Below are positions 27,955 to 41,162 of a stretch of DNA of 64,000 nt, piece by piece. The stretch lies in NCBI GenBank assembly GCA_041753515.1, contig JBGSUE010000045.1:2027-66026 (forward strand), in the 5' to 3' direction. The notes under the pieces were generated by a model, which did no database searches, was not told the DNA's origin, and saw nothing but the letters and a program-made list of their open reading frames with translations. Position 1 is the first letter of the stretch, and each line of letters opens with the position of its first letter. Source of the stretch: Patescibacteria group bacterium (lineage in GTDB: Bacteria; Patescibacteriota; Microgenomatia; UBA10105; UBA927). Made by a program: the position numbers and the translations under genes.

Positions 27955-28713
27955 ATGTTTGGCATCTTCAATAAAACGAAATACTCAAATGACGATGACG
28001 CAATAACAGCACTCATGCGAATCTCCAGTATGGGTTTTGGTGGTGAACAAGATTTTGAGAAAAATAACATGCTCAAAGTATTGGAAGAAGTTGAAGGTTA
28101 TGCCAGTAATCTTCAAAACCCTAAACTTGGCTATTGGTTGGGTATTGCTTGGAGAAACTTTACTGCATGGCACATCAGGGGCGATGAAAGAAAAGAATAC
28201 CTTGAAAAATCAGTTTACTACTACGATAAAGCACTGGAACTTTCCAAAAATAGATTACCTATCCAATTACCCCTCGAACAACGTCATGATGCTGAATATC
28301 TTGATCAAATAGATATTGCAGGGGATTTAGGTGACATGCTGGTAAACGAAGTGCCTATTAGAGATTTAGATCGTGCTGAGAAAGTATTGCAGTTTGTTTT
28401 TGACAACACTGATGAATACGAGCCTTGCCTTTGTGCTTATGCTGAACTCTTTTACAAGCGTGGCAATTATCTCAAGAGTGCCGAGATAGGCTTAGATATC
28501 AGCGACAGGTGTGCAAAATCACCTGAATGGAGAGACGATCCACCCCCTGCTCCATTGGGAATTGTAGGGAGCGCATATAGAGCCTTAGCAAAACAGGCAA
28601 AAAAAGCAGGCAGATCAAATGAAGCGATTGAGATATTTCAGAAAATGAAAGATTTGAAGGTTGCTTCTGAAAATGATTTGAAGATACTTGAACGACTGCA
28701 ATCAGAAAAATAA
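27955..28713 (+). CDS. TPR-like protein
   Basis: Helical repeats (YYDKALEL, YAELFYKRGNY, AIEIFQK). Confidence 0.7.
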   Translation: MFGIFNKTKYSNDDDAITALMRISSMGFGGEQDFEKNNMLKVLEEVEGYASNLQNPKLGYWLGIAWRNFTAWHIRGDERKEYLEKSVYYYDKALELSKNRLPIQLPLEQRHDAEYLDQIDIAGDLGDMLVNEVPIRDLDRAEKVLQFVFDNTDEYEPCLCAYAELFYKRGNYLKSAEIGLDISDRCAKSPEWRDDPPPAPLGIVGSAYRALAKQAKKAGRSNEAIEIFQKMKDLKVASENDLKILERLQSEK

Positions 28714-28762
28714 TCTTATAACACTTACTCCAGGCTGGCTCATCTCTTGATATAATCAGAGC

Positions 28763-29587
28763 ATGAAATTAAGCGATGGTGCATCCGAAAGAATAAAAGA
28801 AAAATTAGATAAACTCAAAACTCGAGTTGGACATAGAAAACTCATTTCTGACATTCTGTTTCCTTCAAAACAGAAAGAACTAAATCGACAAGTTGTCAAT
28901 CAATATGCGGATAACTTGGACAAGAAGATAAAAAGGATCGAACCACTAATACGATCGTTGAAGTCACATACTGACTACATTGGCGATCCAGACAAGTTTG
29001 TTGCAGCTTATTTGCTCATAGGCAAAAGTTATACCAGTCTCAAGGCGGTAACTATCTTGGTAAGACAAGGCTACTCATTTCAGATAGTTGAGCTTGTTAG
29101 ATCATCAATGGAGTCACTGAATCTCTCTGTGCTCTTTTTTGAAGATGGACAGGAGGAGTTATTAAAAAAGTGGTTTGAAGGCGAAATTGTTGGCAATAGA
29201 AAGGCTCGTGAGGTACTTAATGCTGCTGTTAATAAGATGAAACAGGATATGGGAGACGAACAAGTACCGATGAAAGAAGCGTTGTCTGATGTCTACTCCA
29301 TTTACTCGGCCTACACACATAGCGGATACTCTGCACTGTTTGATTTCATTGACGTTTTCAAAGAAGATTTTGATTTCGAACAATACACACAATTTCATTA
29401 CAGCCGCAAAAACCTTGAATTGATTGATAATCTCTACTTCAATACCTTGCTTGGTCTGAAAAATTACTACATCAGAGCAAAAGACGAGGAAAACTTGGCA
29501 AAGGTCGAGGCTCTGATAAGTAAGGAAGGTGGACAACTTGCAACTCCTGAACAAATTGCTATTGAAATGCAAAGATATAAAAAATGA
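28763..29587 (+). CDS. Helical protein, DUF5677/HEPN-like
   Basis: LVRSSMES and YSIYSAYTH motifs; TGATATAAT 6 nt before ATG. Confidence 0.6.
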   Translation: MKLSDGASERIKEKLDKLKTRVGHRKLISDILFPSKQKELNRQVVNQYADNLDKKIKRIEPLIRSLKSHTDYIGDPDKFVAAYLLIGKSYTSLKAVTILVRQGYSFQIVELVRSSMESLNLSVLFFEDGQEELLKKWFEGEIVGNRKAREVLNAAVNKMKQDMGDEQVPMKEALSDVYSIYSAYTHSGYSALFDFIDVFKEDFDFEQYTQFHYSRKNLELIDNLYFNTLLGLKNYYIRAKDEENLAKVEALISKEGGQLATPEQIAIEMQRYKK

Positions 29588-30552
29588 ACTGGAAAATAGC
29601 TACAAAAGATGTGAATCCAAACGATCCTAAAATAAAACAACTCTTTGATGAGGCTGTGGATGCTGCGCCTGCTGGTTATATAAAGGCAGATGCTTCGGGT
29701 AAGAATGTCGCAGAAGATACTGTTTCCATGCTTCCCAGAAAGCCAATAAAAGGAAAGTGTCGGTTATGCGGAGAAATTAGAGATTTGACGAAGGAGCATA
29801 TTCCTCCTAAATCGAGTGGAAACAAGAAAAGGCATACAACCCTTACATTTGACGATTGGTTGAGAGACAAATTAGAAGATAACCAAGAAGCAAAGCATAC
29901 TGTTGAGCAAGGTGGTATTTTCGGCTATACCTTATGCAGAAGCTGTAACTCCCTAACGGGCAACCTGTATGGCAATGAGTACAAGAAGTGGGTGGAATTG
30001 GCTAAGAAAAAAATAGATGGCTTCGGAAATGGGATAGTTCCGAAGCTGGACAGTTTAACTGGACCATTTGGTGAGAACTTCACTTTTGGTAGCAAGGAAG
30101 ATGGATCAGTAAAGCCAGGAGCATTTGTACGTCAGGTATTATCTTGTTTGTGTAGTTTAAGTGGTTCATGGAATCTGGCAGAAAGGTATCCAGCCATTAG
30201 ACGTATTACTTTAGAGCAATCAACTGAGCCACTACCTCAAGGAATGGAATTGGGAATGTTCATTTTCTTCGGGCCACGAGTTCGTGTTCATGGGCCACAG
30301 TTAAAAATAGATGCAAAGACTCTGACTTGGCGATGGGTTCAAGAAATAGCTTATTCTCCTTTTGCCTTCCAGTTTGTAATTGCAAGTAATAATCCACAAC
30401 CAGGCTTGGGATTGCTTATTGATAACTTCACTACGTTAAAACCAGAGACAGAACAGTATTATAGTGGCCTTTTGGAAATGGGGTTTGGATGGAGTCCTTA
30501 TCCAGGTGATTACCGATCACAGACTGCTATACGTGCTTCACGCAAGTCTTAG
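29584..30552 (+). CDS. HNH-type zinc-finger nuclease-like protein
   Basis: CRLCG...LTKEHIPPK...LCRSCN. Confidence 0.7.
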   Translation: MNWKIATKDVNPNDPKIKQLFDEAVDAAPAGYIKADASGKNVAEDTVSMLPRKPIKGKCRLCGEIRDLTKEHIPPKSSGNKKRHTTLTFDDWLRDKLEDNQEAKHTVEQGGIFGYTLCRSCNSLTGNLYGNEYKKWVELAKKKIDGFGNGIVPKLDSLTGPFGENFTFGSKEDGSVKPGAFVRQVLSCLCSLSGSWNLAERYPAIRRITLEQSTEPLPQGMELGMFIFFGPRVRVHGPQLKIDAKTLTWRWVQEIAYSPFAFQFVIASNNPQPGLGLLIDNFTTLKPETEQYYSGLLEMGFGWSPYPGDYRSQTAIRASRKS

Positions 30553-30553
30553 A

Positions 30554-30871
30554 CTATGCAGAGCGAGTCAGTGTGTGCAGTTTGTGAAGTGCTGTTTGGT
30601 GTTGAGTCTCAGTTGAGCAAATGTTTACTTGCAGAGATTTTACTGGAGACAGTGGGTTGTTGAAGATAATTTCCTTCTCTTGATATTTTAGCTGCAGCCT
30701 CGTTCCATGGGTATAGTACTGTTCCAGAAGTTCCTCTACTGTCGGTAATTCTTCTGTTTTCAATTCCTCTTTGAGTAAGGAAACCTTTTTCTTCTTCGCT
30801 GACTCCTGTAACCCAGCCAGTAAATCTGGAAGGTTCATTTTTATTTTGGTATTTCCGTCTTTGTTTTTCAT
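30554..30871 (-). CDS. Hypothetical protein
   Basis: 105-aa ORF at the island end. Confidence 0.4.
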   Translation of the reverse strand: MKNKDGNTKIKMNLPDLLAGLQESAKKKKVSLLKEELKTEELPTVEELLEQYYTHGTRLQLKYQEKEIIFNNPLSPVKSLQVNICSTETQHQTALHKLHTLTRSA

Positions 30872-31053
30872 TCATACCTATTCTAACAATTTTTCTGTCT
30901 AAATGGTAATGTCGAAACACAAGAGGATACCTGTCATAGTATTCTTGGGGTATAATATACCTGTCAGGGAGTTCCTGGTAATACTCGTTCTCTGACTAAA
31001 AATATAATCTTCACACTTCCGGCTTATGTGCTGATTTGATATCATAGCTTTTT

Positions 31054-31749
31054 ATGGTTGCCCAATTGACACATACCTTCATCACCTACCTTGATCGCAT
31101 ATCGGACATAATCCCCTTGCCGTGGTTTACGTTTTTCGGATCGATCGTAGAGGAAATCATTGCGCCGATCCCATCACCCGTGGTTATGACCATCGCAGGA
31201 TCTATTGCCGGTGCGCAAAATGAGACACTTCTCTTTGTCTTTTTCATTGCACTGACGGGAGCAGTAGGTAAAACCGCCGCAAGCTATATCATGTATATCC
31301 TTGCAGACAAATTCGAAGATATCGTGCTTTCAAAATTCGGTAAATTTGTCGGAATAACACACGTCCAGATTGAGCAAATCGGTAGCAGGCTCAACAAGGG
31401 GTGGAAAGATGACATCATGCTTATCATATTGCGTGCTGTACCCATTATCCCCAGCGCGCCGGTGTCGCTCCTGTGCGGACTCATCAAAATCAATATGCGC
31501 ACGTTTCTCTCTGCCACGTTCATCGGCACGACGCTGCGCAACCTTTTCTATCTTGCAATCGGTTACACAGGCATCTATGCGACCGAATCACTGATCGTCC
31601 AGCTGGAAAATTTCGAAATTGCAGGATATATCATCATCGGAGTATTTGCAGCAGGCATTGGCGGATATATACTCTTTCAACACAAAAAAGACTTGCTCAT
31701 GGAAAAAATATTCCGTCCGGAAAAAAATAAGGAAAATAACGGTATATAA
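31054..31749 (+). CDS. DedA/VTT family membrane protein
   Basis: IAPIPSPVVM, LRAVPIIP, FLSATFIG. Confidence 0.85.
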   Translation: MVAQLTHTFITYLDRISDIIPLPWFTFFGSIVEEIIAPIPSPVVMTIAGSIAGAQNETLLFVFFIALTGAVGKTAASYIMYILADKFEDIVLSKFGKFVGITHVQIEQIGSRLNKGWKDDIMLIILRAVPIIPSAPVSLLCGLIKINMRTFLSATFIGTTLRNLFYLAIGYTGIYATESLIVQLENFEIAGYIIIGVFAAGIGGYILFQHKKDLLMEKIFRPEKNKENNGI

Positions 31750-31760
31750 TTCAGTTCACT

Positions 31761-32519
31761 TTACATTGTTTCGTACGATAGTGTGACAGAAACTGTCACT
31801 TCGTTGGTTCCCGGACTTACCTGAGCACCGCCGCCGCTTACTTCCATTGAATCGGTACTGTTTTTTGCATTATAGAGGAGCGGCACCGGGGAACCGCCCA
31901 TATTCTCATTCACATTCACGATTTTCCCCAGCTTCACACCTGCCAAGCGGGCAAGTGACTCCGCTTTTTCTTTCGCTTCAGCAACTGCAGCTTTGCGAGC
32001 CTCATCCATCGTTGTATCGGCAAGCTCATCGGACAATATAAATGACAGTTGTCCGACCTGTTCCAGGCCGTACGTCCCGGCAAGATCAAGGACTGCCGGA
32101 ATATGTTCAAAATTCCGGATACGAACTTGTACGCTTGAGGAAACGACATACCCGGATGGTCTGCCTGTCCTGCTGTCATAATCCGGATAGATGTTGTAAC
32201 CGGTCGTTTTCAGATCCTTTTTGTCGATTCCGATTTTTTCAAGTGCTTCTGAGAGCGTATTCATTGTTTTGTCCGCTTCCTCCTGGACACTTTTAACAGA
32301 CATACCGCTTTTTCTCACTCCCAGCTCCACAAACGCACGGTCCGGGACAACATGGATTTTCCCCTCACCGGTCACATCAAATGTACTGGTCTTGTTTGTT
32401 GATACCTGTGATATATTCAATGGTATCCCACCGGTTACCCGAAAAAACATTCCGGCAACAATTGCTACCATCATAGATCCCACAAAAATTTCAGCATATT
32501 TTTTCATACCTTCCTCCAT
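31761..32519 (-). CDS. SIMPL (DUF541) domain protein
   Basis: VTGEGKIHVVPD, ARKAAVAEAKEKAESLA. Confidence 0.88.
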   Translation of the reverse strand: MEEGMKKYAEIFVGSMMVAIVAGMFFRVTGGIPLNISQVSTNKTSTFDVTGEGKIHVVPDRAFVELGVRKSGMSVKSVQEEADKTMNTLSEALEKIGIDKKDLKTTGYNIYPDYDSRTGRPSGYVVSSSVQVRIRNFEHIPAVLDLAGTYGLEQVGQLSFILSDELADTTMDEARKAAVAEAKEKAESLARLAGVKLGKIVNVNENMGGSPVPLLYNAKNSTDSMEVSGGGAQVSPGTNEVTVSVTLSYETM

Positions 32520-32580
32520 ATATACAGTATATCACGATTTCTCACTTGGTTTTCAGCCCCGCTGCCACTATACTTCATAT

Positions 32581-33318
32581 ATGGAAAAACCCATTACTAC
32601 TCTTTTTATGCTCATGTCGCTCGACGGAAAAATTACGACTGGTGATACGGACGAACTGGATGTAGACATAGACTTTCCCAGAATATCGGGCATAAAAGAA
32701 GGGCTCCATCAATATTATGAACTGGAAAAACAAACGGACCTCTACTCCCTTAATACCGGTCGGGTCATGGCAAAAATCGGAGTCAATACACGAATGAATG
32801 AACCTGATAAAATAGGATGCAGTTTTATTATCATTGATTCAAAACCACATCTGACATACAAAGGCACAGAATACATGGCAAAATGGGTTAAAAAACTCTA
32901 CTTGGCTACGGCAAACAAAAAACACCCGGCATACACACTTCAGAAATCACGAAATAATATTGAAATTATTCCTTTCGAAAAATCTGTTCATCTTGAAAAG
33001 CTGCTTATTGCATTGAAAAGCCGTTATGGAATTGAAAGGCTTACGATCCAATCAGGCGGCAAGATAAATTCGTCATGGATCAGGCAAGGTCTTATTGATT
33101 TTATTTCCATAGTGGTAGCTCCATGCCTGATCGGAGGATCAGATACACAAAGCCTGATGGGCGGAACATCACTTCATACTCAAAAAGATCTCGCACTGAT
33201 TCGGACACTGGAACTCGTTTCAAACACAACTCTGAAAAATTCTTATATTCATTTACTTTATAAAGTGCATCCGGAAACACGAGTTGAGGAAAATAGAGAA
33301 AAATACATTAAGAGGTAA
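32581..33318 (+). CDS. RibD C-terminal / dihydrofolate reductase family protein
   Basis: MSLDGKI, IQSGGKIN, VVAPCLIGG; start moved to ATG 32581. Confidence 0.85.
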   Translation: MEKPITTLFMLMSLDGKITTGDTDELDVDIDFPRISGIKEGLHQYYELEKQTDLYSLNTGRVMAKIGVNTRMNEPDKIGCSFIIIDSKPHLTYKGTEYMAKWVKKLYLATANKKHPAYTLQKSRNNIEIIPFEKSVHLEKLLIALKSRYGIERLTIQSGGKINSSWIRQGLIDFISIVVAPCLIGGSDTQSLMGGTSLHTQKDLALIRTLELVSNTTLKNSYIHLLYKVHPETRVEENREKYIKR

Positions 33319-33325
33319 ATAACAA

Positions 33326-33979
33326 ATGGATAAAAAAGTAAACGTACGTGAAATTATCAGACGTCTATATACGGCATTCCCGGAACCGAAGTGTGAACTG
33401 CATTTCACCACGCCGTTTGAGCTTCTTGCGGCAACGATTTTGTCTGCGCAGGCAACGGATAAAAAAGTCAATGAAATCACTCCTTCCCTTTTTCACACAT
33501 TCCCGACAATAGCCGATTATGCACATGCATCACCTGGCGAAATTGATAGATATGTAAATAAAGTACTATTTCACAACAACAAATCAAAACATATCCATCT
33601 TGCCGCCCTCAAAATCATGAATGAATATGATGGCCGCGTCCCGGACTCTATGGAAAAACTCCTGACGCTTGCGGGAGTTGCCCGAAAAACCGCCAATGTC
33701 ATTTTGGGGACAGTATTCAATAAGGCCGAAGGCATCGTGGTAGATACCCACATGATCAGACTCGCCAATAAACTCGGACTGACCGCACACAAAGATCCGG
33801 TCAAAATTGAACAGGATCTCATGAAAATTGTCCCACGAGATAAATGGATTGATTTCGGACATCTCATCACGCTACACGGCAGGTACCAATGCCCCGCCAA
33901 ACCACACGACTGTACGGAGTGCGTATTGGATGATCTCTGCCCTGAGTACAGCCAATGGAATAAAGTTAGGCCTCTGTGA
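33326..33979 (+). CDS. nth: Endonuclease III
   Basis: LSAQATD, Hh[16 protein letters not shown], 4Fe-4S C-x6-C-x2-C-x5-C. Confidence 0.95.
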   Translation: MDKKVNVREIIRRLYTAFPEPKCELHFTTPFELLAATILSAQATDKKVNEITPSLFHTFPTIADYAHASPGEIDRYVNKVLFHNNKSKHIHLAALKIMNEYDGRVPDSMEKLLTLAGVARKTANVILGTVFNKAEGIVVDTHMIRLANKLGLTAHKDPVKIEQDLMKIVPRDKWIDFGHLITLHGRYQCPAKPHDCTECVLDDLCPEYSQWNKVRPL

Positions 33980-34355
33980 TTTTGCTTGCAGCTTTACCTG
34001 TCCTGGCCCGAAGATAATACAGTTTTGCTCTGCGCACTTTTCCGTACTTTTTTACGTCGATTTTTTTGATCCAGGGGGAATTCAATGGGAAAATTCTCTC
34101 TATACCGATTCCTCCGGTACCGATTCTTCTCACTGTCATCATTTTGTTTGTTCCGATACCTTTGAGACCAATCAGAATCCCTTCAAATACCTGAATACGT
34201 TCCCTGACTTCTTCCTTGACTTCCCTTTTCGTCTTACCGGCAACTTTCTCTTTTTCTATCAGCCGGTAATGAACACGAAGCGTATCACCGACATGAATCG
34301 TGACATCGTTTTTCTTTTCAGGATCAGTACCGGTCCAAACAACGCTCAGTGCCAT
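33966..34355 (-). CDS. rplS: 50S ribosomal protein L19
   Basis: [28 protein letters not shown]. Confidence 0.95.
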   Translation of the reverse strand: MALSVVWTGTDPEKKNDVTIHVGDTLRVHYRLIEKEKVAGKTKREVKEEVRERIQVFEGILIGLKGIGTNKMMTVRRIGTGGIGIERIFPLNSPWIKKIDVKKYGKVRRAKLYYLRARTGKAASKITEA

Positions 34356-34376
34356 AATAAGCGATTATACCAATAA

Positions 34377-36029
34377 TTACATTTTCGAACAAGCACGAAT
34401 GAATGCCATAAATATGGGATGGGGCTCAAGAGGCCGAGAACGGTATTCGGGATGATATTGTGTTCCTATAAAAAACGGATGGACTGACACTGGAAGTTCA
34501 ACGATTTCAACCAGATTTTCCAAAACTGATTTTCCCGAGATTATCAACCCCTTTGCCTCAATCTGTTTTTCATATGCATTATTGAATTCGTACCGGTGCC
34601 GGTGCCGTTCCCATACGGTTTTCGCGGAATGACCATCATATCCTTTATATACCGTATAAATGTTATCTGCGAGTGTTCCGTCTTTTACCCTGCATTCCCA
34701 GCGGCCCAAACGCATCGTCCCACCATACGCCCTGCGTTTAATCACTTCATCCTGGCCTTCAATCATATGAATGACAGGATGAGCTGTATCTGCATCACAC
34801 TCGACTGTATGGGCACCGGCAAGTCCCACGACATTGCGGGCATACTCAACAACTGCAAGCTGCATTCCATAACACAACCCCAAATACGGCACTTTTTTCT
34901 CACGGGCATACCGGATTGCCTCAATTTTTCCTTCAACTCCCCGCGGTCCCCATCCGATCGGTACGACAATACCGTCGATATGTGAAAGCTCTGCCGTAGT
35001 GCCTTTTTCAAGCTGTTCCGCCTGAATCCATTTCGTTGTCACATGAACACCTTTTGCCCACGCCGCATGATCAATGGCGTCCATTAGTGCTGCATAACTA
35101 TCCCGAAGCTGATATTCGCCTGTCGCAAAATATTTACCTACAATGGCAATCGTTGCCTTTTTTGTTTTTTTTGCTTTCACTGTCGAAATCATCTTTTTCC
35201 AGTGAGTCAGATCGAGTGAATTGTGAGGCAAACCGAACATATCAAGAATCATTTCATCAACATGCTGACTCGAAAGAGTTATCGGTGTTTCATACGGACT
35301 CTCGGCATCTACATTGGATATGATATGTTCAGGATCTACGTTACAGAAAAGCGCAAACCGTGCACGACGCCGCTCGTCCACGGGTTTTTCCGCGCGGGCG
35401 ACAATGAAATCCGGCTGAATCCCCATCGAATGAAGTGTTTTCACGGAAAGTTGCGTCGGTTTCGTTTTGGGCTCACCTAAATGCTGTGGGGTTGGAAGGT
35501 ACGAAACATGAACATGTATTACGTTCGATTTTTTATCCAGTGACAGTATCCGCGACGCTTCGTAATACAAAACATTCTGGTATTCTCCTGCAGTACCGCC
35601 AAGCTCTACGATGATGATATCAGCATGGTCCTGTTCTCCGGCTTCGCGGATCCTTATGATAATCTCATCCGTCACATGAGGAATTGCTTCAACATCCTCA
35701 CCGTTGTACCCAAAATTGCGCTCCCGGTCAATGACTGTCTTATAAATCTGACCGAGCGTTATAAAATTTCTCCGGTACATGTTTTTGCCCAGAAATTTCT
35801 CATACGTTCCCATATCCATATCCGCTTCAGTCCCGTCATCCATGAGGAATGGGTCTCCATGCTCAACCGGATTAATGAGACCGGCATCGATGTTGAGGTA
35901 ATTTTCGCATTTGACTGTGGCGATGTTGTATCCGCGGTTTTGAAGAAGGAGTGCGATTGCTGCCGTGGTATTCCCTTTTCCAATACCGGAAATGACGCCA
36001 CCCGAGACAAATATAAAGTGCTTTACCAT
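34377..36029 (-). CDS. pyrG: CTP synthase
   Basis: GGVISGIGKG, KTKPTQ, GLCYGMQ, ERHRHRYE, QYHPE. Confidence 0.97.
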   Translation of the reverse strand: MVKHFIFVSGGVISGIGKGNTTAAIALLLQNRGYNIATVKCENYLNIDAGLINPVEHGDPFLMDDGTEADMDMGTYEKFLGKNMYRRNFITLGQIYKTVIDRERNFGYNGEDVEAIPHVTDEIIIRIREAGEQDHADIIIVELGGTAGEYQNVLYYEASRILSLDKKSNVIHVHVSYLPTPQHLGEPKTKPTQLSVKTLHSMGIQPDFIVARAEKPVDERRRARFALFCNVDPEHIISNVDAESPYETPITLSSQHVDEMILDMFGLPHNSLDLTHWKKMISTVKAKKTKKATIAIVGKYFATGEYQLRDSYAALMDAIDHAAWAKGVHVTTKWIQAEQLEKGTTAELSHIDGIVVPIGWGPRGVEGKIEAIRYAREKKVPYLGLCYGMQLAVVEYARNVVGLAGAHTVECDADTAHPVIHMIEGQDEVIKRRAYGGTMRLGRWECRVKDGTLADNIYTVYKGYDGHSAKTVWERHRHRYEFNNAYEKQIEAKGLIISGKSVLENLVEIVELPVSVHPFFIGTQYHPEYRSRPLEPHPIFMAFIRACSKM

Positions 36030-36038
36030 AAATAATCC

Positions 36039-36503
36039 TTATTTCTTAAACGTCCCGGAGAGTCTTTTTTTAAACAATGCATAGAAAATATCACCTTTCG
36101 TCAGTATTCCGATGACCTTATTTTTTTCATCAAGAACCGGCAACTGATCGACATGACGCACGATCATACGCGACAGAGCGCGCATCACTTCGGTTGACTC
36201 CCGTGTAAAAACAACCCGCCTGCACATAATATCTTCAGCATATTTATCTCCGAGGCTGCGGACTTTCTTTTCCATTTCCTCAAAATCTGATGCAGCCTCA
36301 AAATCCGTGATATATTCATCAAATTTCGGATACAATTGGGATAGGAGGTCCTCTTTGGCAATAATTCCCTGAAGAATACTCCGTTTATCAACAACAGGCA
36401 CAGCGTTTACTTTTTTTGAGAATATCAGTTTCCAGAGGTCACGGATGTGAGTATGGGGAGGAACTGTCGATAATTTTTTATTCATCACATCACGTACTTT
36501 CAT
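36039..36503 (-). CDS. CBS-domain pair protein
   Basis: VRDVM, VPVVD...GII, LPVLD...GILTKGD. Confidence 0.88.
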   Translation of the reverse strand: MKVRDVMNKKLSTVPPHTHIRDLWKLIFSKKVNAVPVVDKRSILQGIIAKEDLLSQLYPKFDEYITDFEAASDFEEMEKKVRSLGDKYAEDIMCRRVVFTRESTEVMRALSRMIVRHVDQLPVLDEKNKVIGILTKGDIFYALFKKRLSGTFKK

Positions 36504-36536
36504 ATGATTTTGTTTGAGTTTAGTATGATCTGCCTC

Positions 36537-36962
36537 TCATGTCAACGAAGTATGTTTCCTCTGTTTATGCCTCAATACCTTAAATTCCAGTATGCTGCGC
36601 CGCAAAACAGCTTGCGCAGCGGCAAATTCTGCGTCACTGACCTTACGCGACAAAATTTCTTTCGCTTTTTCCTGGGCTTTTCGGATTTCAGTCTCATTAA
36701 TCTCTTCTGCATGAACCGCACGGGATACAAGAACGGTTGTTTTGTCTCCGGAAACCTGCAAAAATCCGCCGCCTATTGCTAAAAGCATTTCTTTCTTTCC
36801 ATCGTTTATTGCCAGCTCGCCATCCGTCAGCGAACAGAACAGAGGCTCATGGTTTTTCAAAATTTGTATCTGCCCCATGTCAGAGGGTACGGACACGGAT
36901 ATAACATCTTGAGCATATGCTTGTCTGACCGGCGTAATAATCTCAAGTTTAAATGTGTGCAT
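36537..36962 (-). CDS. atpC: ATP synthase F1 epsilon subunit
   Basis: LEIITP, GQIQILKNH, GGGFLQV; operon position. Confidence 0.93.
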   Translation of the reverse strand: MHTFKLEIITPVRQAYAQDVISVSVPSDMGQIQILKNHEPLFCSLTDGELAINDGKKEMLLAIGGGFLQVSGDKTTVLVSRAVHAEEINETEIRKAQEKAKEILSRKVSDAEFAAAQAVLRRSILEFKVLRHKQRKHTSLT

Positions 36963-36993
36963 AATTCGTAATTCTTAATTCGTAATTCATAAT

Positions 36994-36994
<1 letters not shown>
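36962..36994. repeat. 7-nt tandem repeat (TAATTCN)x4.7 filling the atpD-atpC spacer
   Basis: TAATTCG TAATTCT TAATTCG TAATTCA TAATT. Confidence 0.85.
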
Positions 36995-39271
<2,277 letters not shown>

Positions 39272-39274
39272 ACA

Positions 39275-40801
39275 TCATGTGTTCGCTGTATCTGTACTAA
39301 ATATGTCCAAAAATTCTTTCACTGCTTTGATAAACGACGATTCTACCTCCTCACTCAATACTTTTTCCTTTGAAAGCATTTCAAGAGTCTTTGCATATGA
39401 TCGCTTCAGGAAATCCACGTACTCTTTCTCAAATTCCCGGATGCGGTCAACCGGCACTGAATCCATATACCCGTTTGTTCCAGCCCATACCACAGCAATT
39501 TGTTCCTCCACAGGCATTGGCTCGAATTGCGCCTGTTTGAGAAGCTCCACCATGCGGCTTCCGCGCTCGATCTGTTTTTTCGTCGCATCATCCACATCTG
39601 TGGCAAATTGGGTAAATGCTGCCAATTCCCTGTACTGGACGAGGTCAAGTTTCAGCCGGCCGACAACCTTTTTCATGGCTTTATTTTGTGCGGTACTTCC
39701 CACACGTGATACGGAAATGCCGACACTGAGCGCTGGACGCTGTCCTGCGTAGAAAAGATCCGATTCAAGATACAATTGTCCGTCCGTTATTGATATGACA
39801 TTTGTTGGAATATATGCCGATACATCTCCGGCAAGAGTTTCAATAATGGGTAATGCTGTAATGGATCCGCCACCATATTTTTTATCAAGTCGGCAGGCAC
39901 GCTCCAGAAGCCGCGAATGAAGATAAAAAACGTCTCCGGGATACGCTTCCCTGCCGCTTGGACGTTTTAAAATGAGTGAAATCTGACGGTATGCCCATGC
40001 GTGTTTTGACAGGTCATCATACACAATGAGCACATCACGGCCTTTATCCATGAAGTATTCGGCAATGGCACAGCCTGCATACGGAGCGATATACTGATAT
40101 GCTGCAGGATCGTTCGCGGAGGCTGCAACGACAATGGAATAGGGCAGTGCCTTGAATTTGTTCAGGTGTGCCACAACCTGTGCAATACGTGACGTTTTCT
40201 GCCCGATGGCAACGTAAATACAGATAACATTTTCTTTTTTCTGGTTGATGATAGTATCAATGGCAATAGCCGTCTTTCCGGTGTTGCGGTCTCCGATAAT
40301 CAGTTCCCTCTGTCCCCGTCCGATCGGAATCATTGTGTCGATCGCTTTTATGCCGGTCTGCAGCGGAACGCTGACCGGATGCCGGTACACCACGCTGGGG
40401 GCGATTTTTTCCAGTGGATACCGTGTTTTTGCATCGATTTTTTTCCCTCCGTCAATAACATCCCCCATAGGATTAATGACACGTCCCACAAGTGAATCAG
40501 CAACAGGTACTGATAAGAGATCACCTGTTTTCTTCACTTCATGACCTTCCGATATTCCAATATATTCACCCAAAACTATGACACCGATGGACTCCTCTTC
40601 CAGATTGATTGCCACTCCCTTCACTCCGTTTTGAAACTGGACAATTTCAAGATATGCACAGTCAGGAAGTCCGCTGACTTTCACTACACCATCCGTAACG
40701 GACAGAACCTTTCCAACGTGTTTGCCGTGCATGTCCGGCTCATATTTTTTCATTCTTTTGATAAGTTCCGTTGCTAATGTGTCTGTCAGTATGTGTTTCA
40801 T
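39275..40801 (-). CDS. atpA: ATP synthase F1 alpha subunit
   Basis: [28 protein letters not shown]. Confidence 0.98.
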   Translation of the reverse strand: MKHILTDTLATELIKRMKKYEPDMHGKHVGKVLSVTDGVVKVSGLPDCAYLEIVQFQNGVKGVAINLEEESIGVIVLGEYIGISEGHEVKKTGDLLSVPVADSLVGRVINPMGDVIDGGKKIDAKTRYPLEKIAPSVVYRHPVSVPLQTGIKAIDTMIPIGRGQRELIIGDRNTGKTAIAIDTIINQKKENVICIYVAIGQKTSRIAQVVAHLNKFKALPYSIVVAASANDPAAYQYIAPYAGCAIAEYFMDKGRDVLIVYDDLSKHAWAYRQISLILKRPSGREAYPGDVFYLHSRLLERACRLDKKYGGGSITALPIIETLAGDVSAYIPTNVISITDGQLYLESDLFYAGQRPALSVGISVSRVGSTAQNKAMKKVVGRLKLDLVQYRELAAFTQFATDVDDATKKQIERGSRMVELLKQAQFEPMPVEEQIAVVWAGTNGYMDSVPVDRIREFEKEYVDFLKRSYAKTLEMLSKEKVLSEEVESSFIKAVKEFLDIFSTDTANT

Positions 40802-41154
40802 AGTGCAATCAGCGAAGATTTCAGATTATCCAACTGGGTTTTGAGGGTTGTATCTAAAACCCAATCATCAACCGATATCCGCATGCCTCCCATAAGATTG
40901 TTTTTTACACTGGTTTCAATGTCTATCGTCCGTGAGAACTTATGCTCGACTGCATTTTTAATGACGCTAATCTGCACATCCGATAAGGGAACTGCAGATT
41001 CAATTCGGCATACATTTTTCCGCGATGCATCACGCCCTACTTTTTCCAGCAGTGTCCGGACTTTGCGGCGTACAGCAGTTTCACGCGTATTTCCTTCCAC
41101 ATATGCCATCATCTCATCAACAATCTGTTTTGTTTGTGCATCATTTGTACCCAT
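40798..41154 (-). CDS. atpH: ATP synthase delta subunit (short form)
   Basis: ESAVPL...[17 protein letters not shown]; lies between atpF and atpA. Confidence 0.85.
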   Translation of the reverse strand: MGTNDAQTKQIVDEMMAYVEGNTRETAVRRKVRTLLEKVGRDASRKNVCRIESAVPLSDVQISVIKNAVEHKFSRTIDIETSVKNNLMGGMRISVDDWVLDTTLKTQLDNLKSSLIAL

Positions 41155-41162
41155 ATGAAATA

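Larger units (their letters stand above)
19158..30990. mobile_element. Integrated genomic island at the tRNA-Lys 3' end (right border approximate)
   Basis: Serine recombinase ends at the tRNA; also a tyrosine recombinase, XRE regulator and phage-like or orphan cargo; visibly different composition until dedA at 31054; no clear attR seen. Confidence 0.75.

Noticed and set aside
30900-31050. attR direct repeat of the tRNA-Lys 3' end
   Set aside because: Only a weak resemblance (GTCAGGGAGTTC) was found; no convincing duplication.
32221-32580. N-terminal 120 aa of the 365-aa ORF
   Set aside because: Mostly antisense to the SIMPL gene; the RibD-like domain starts at ATG 32581, after a -10 box.
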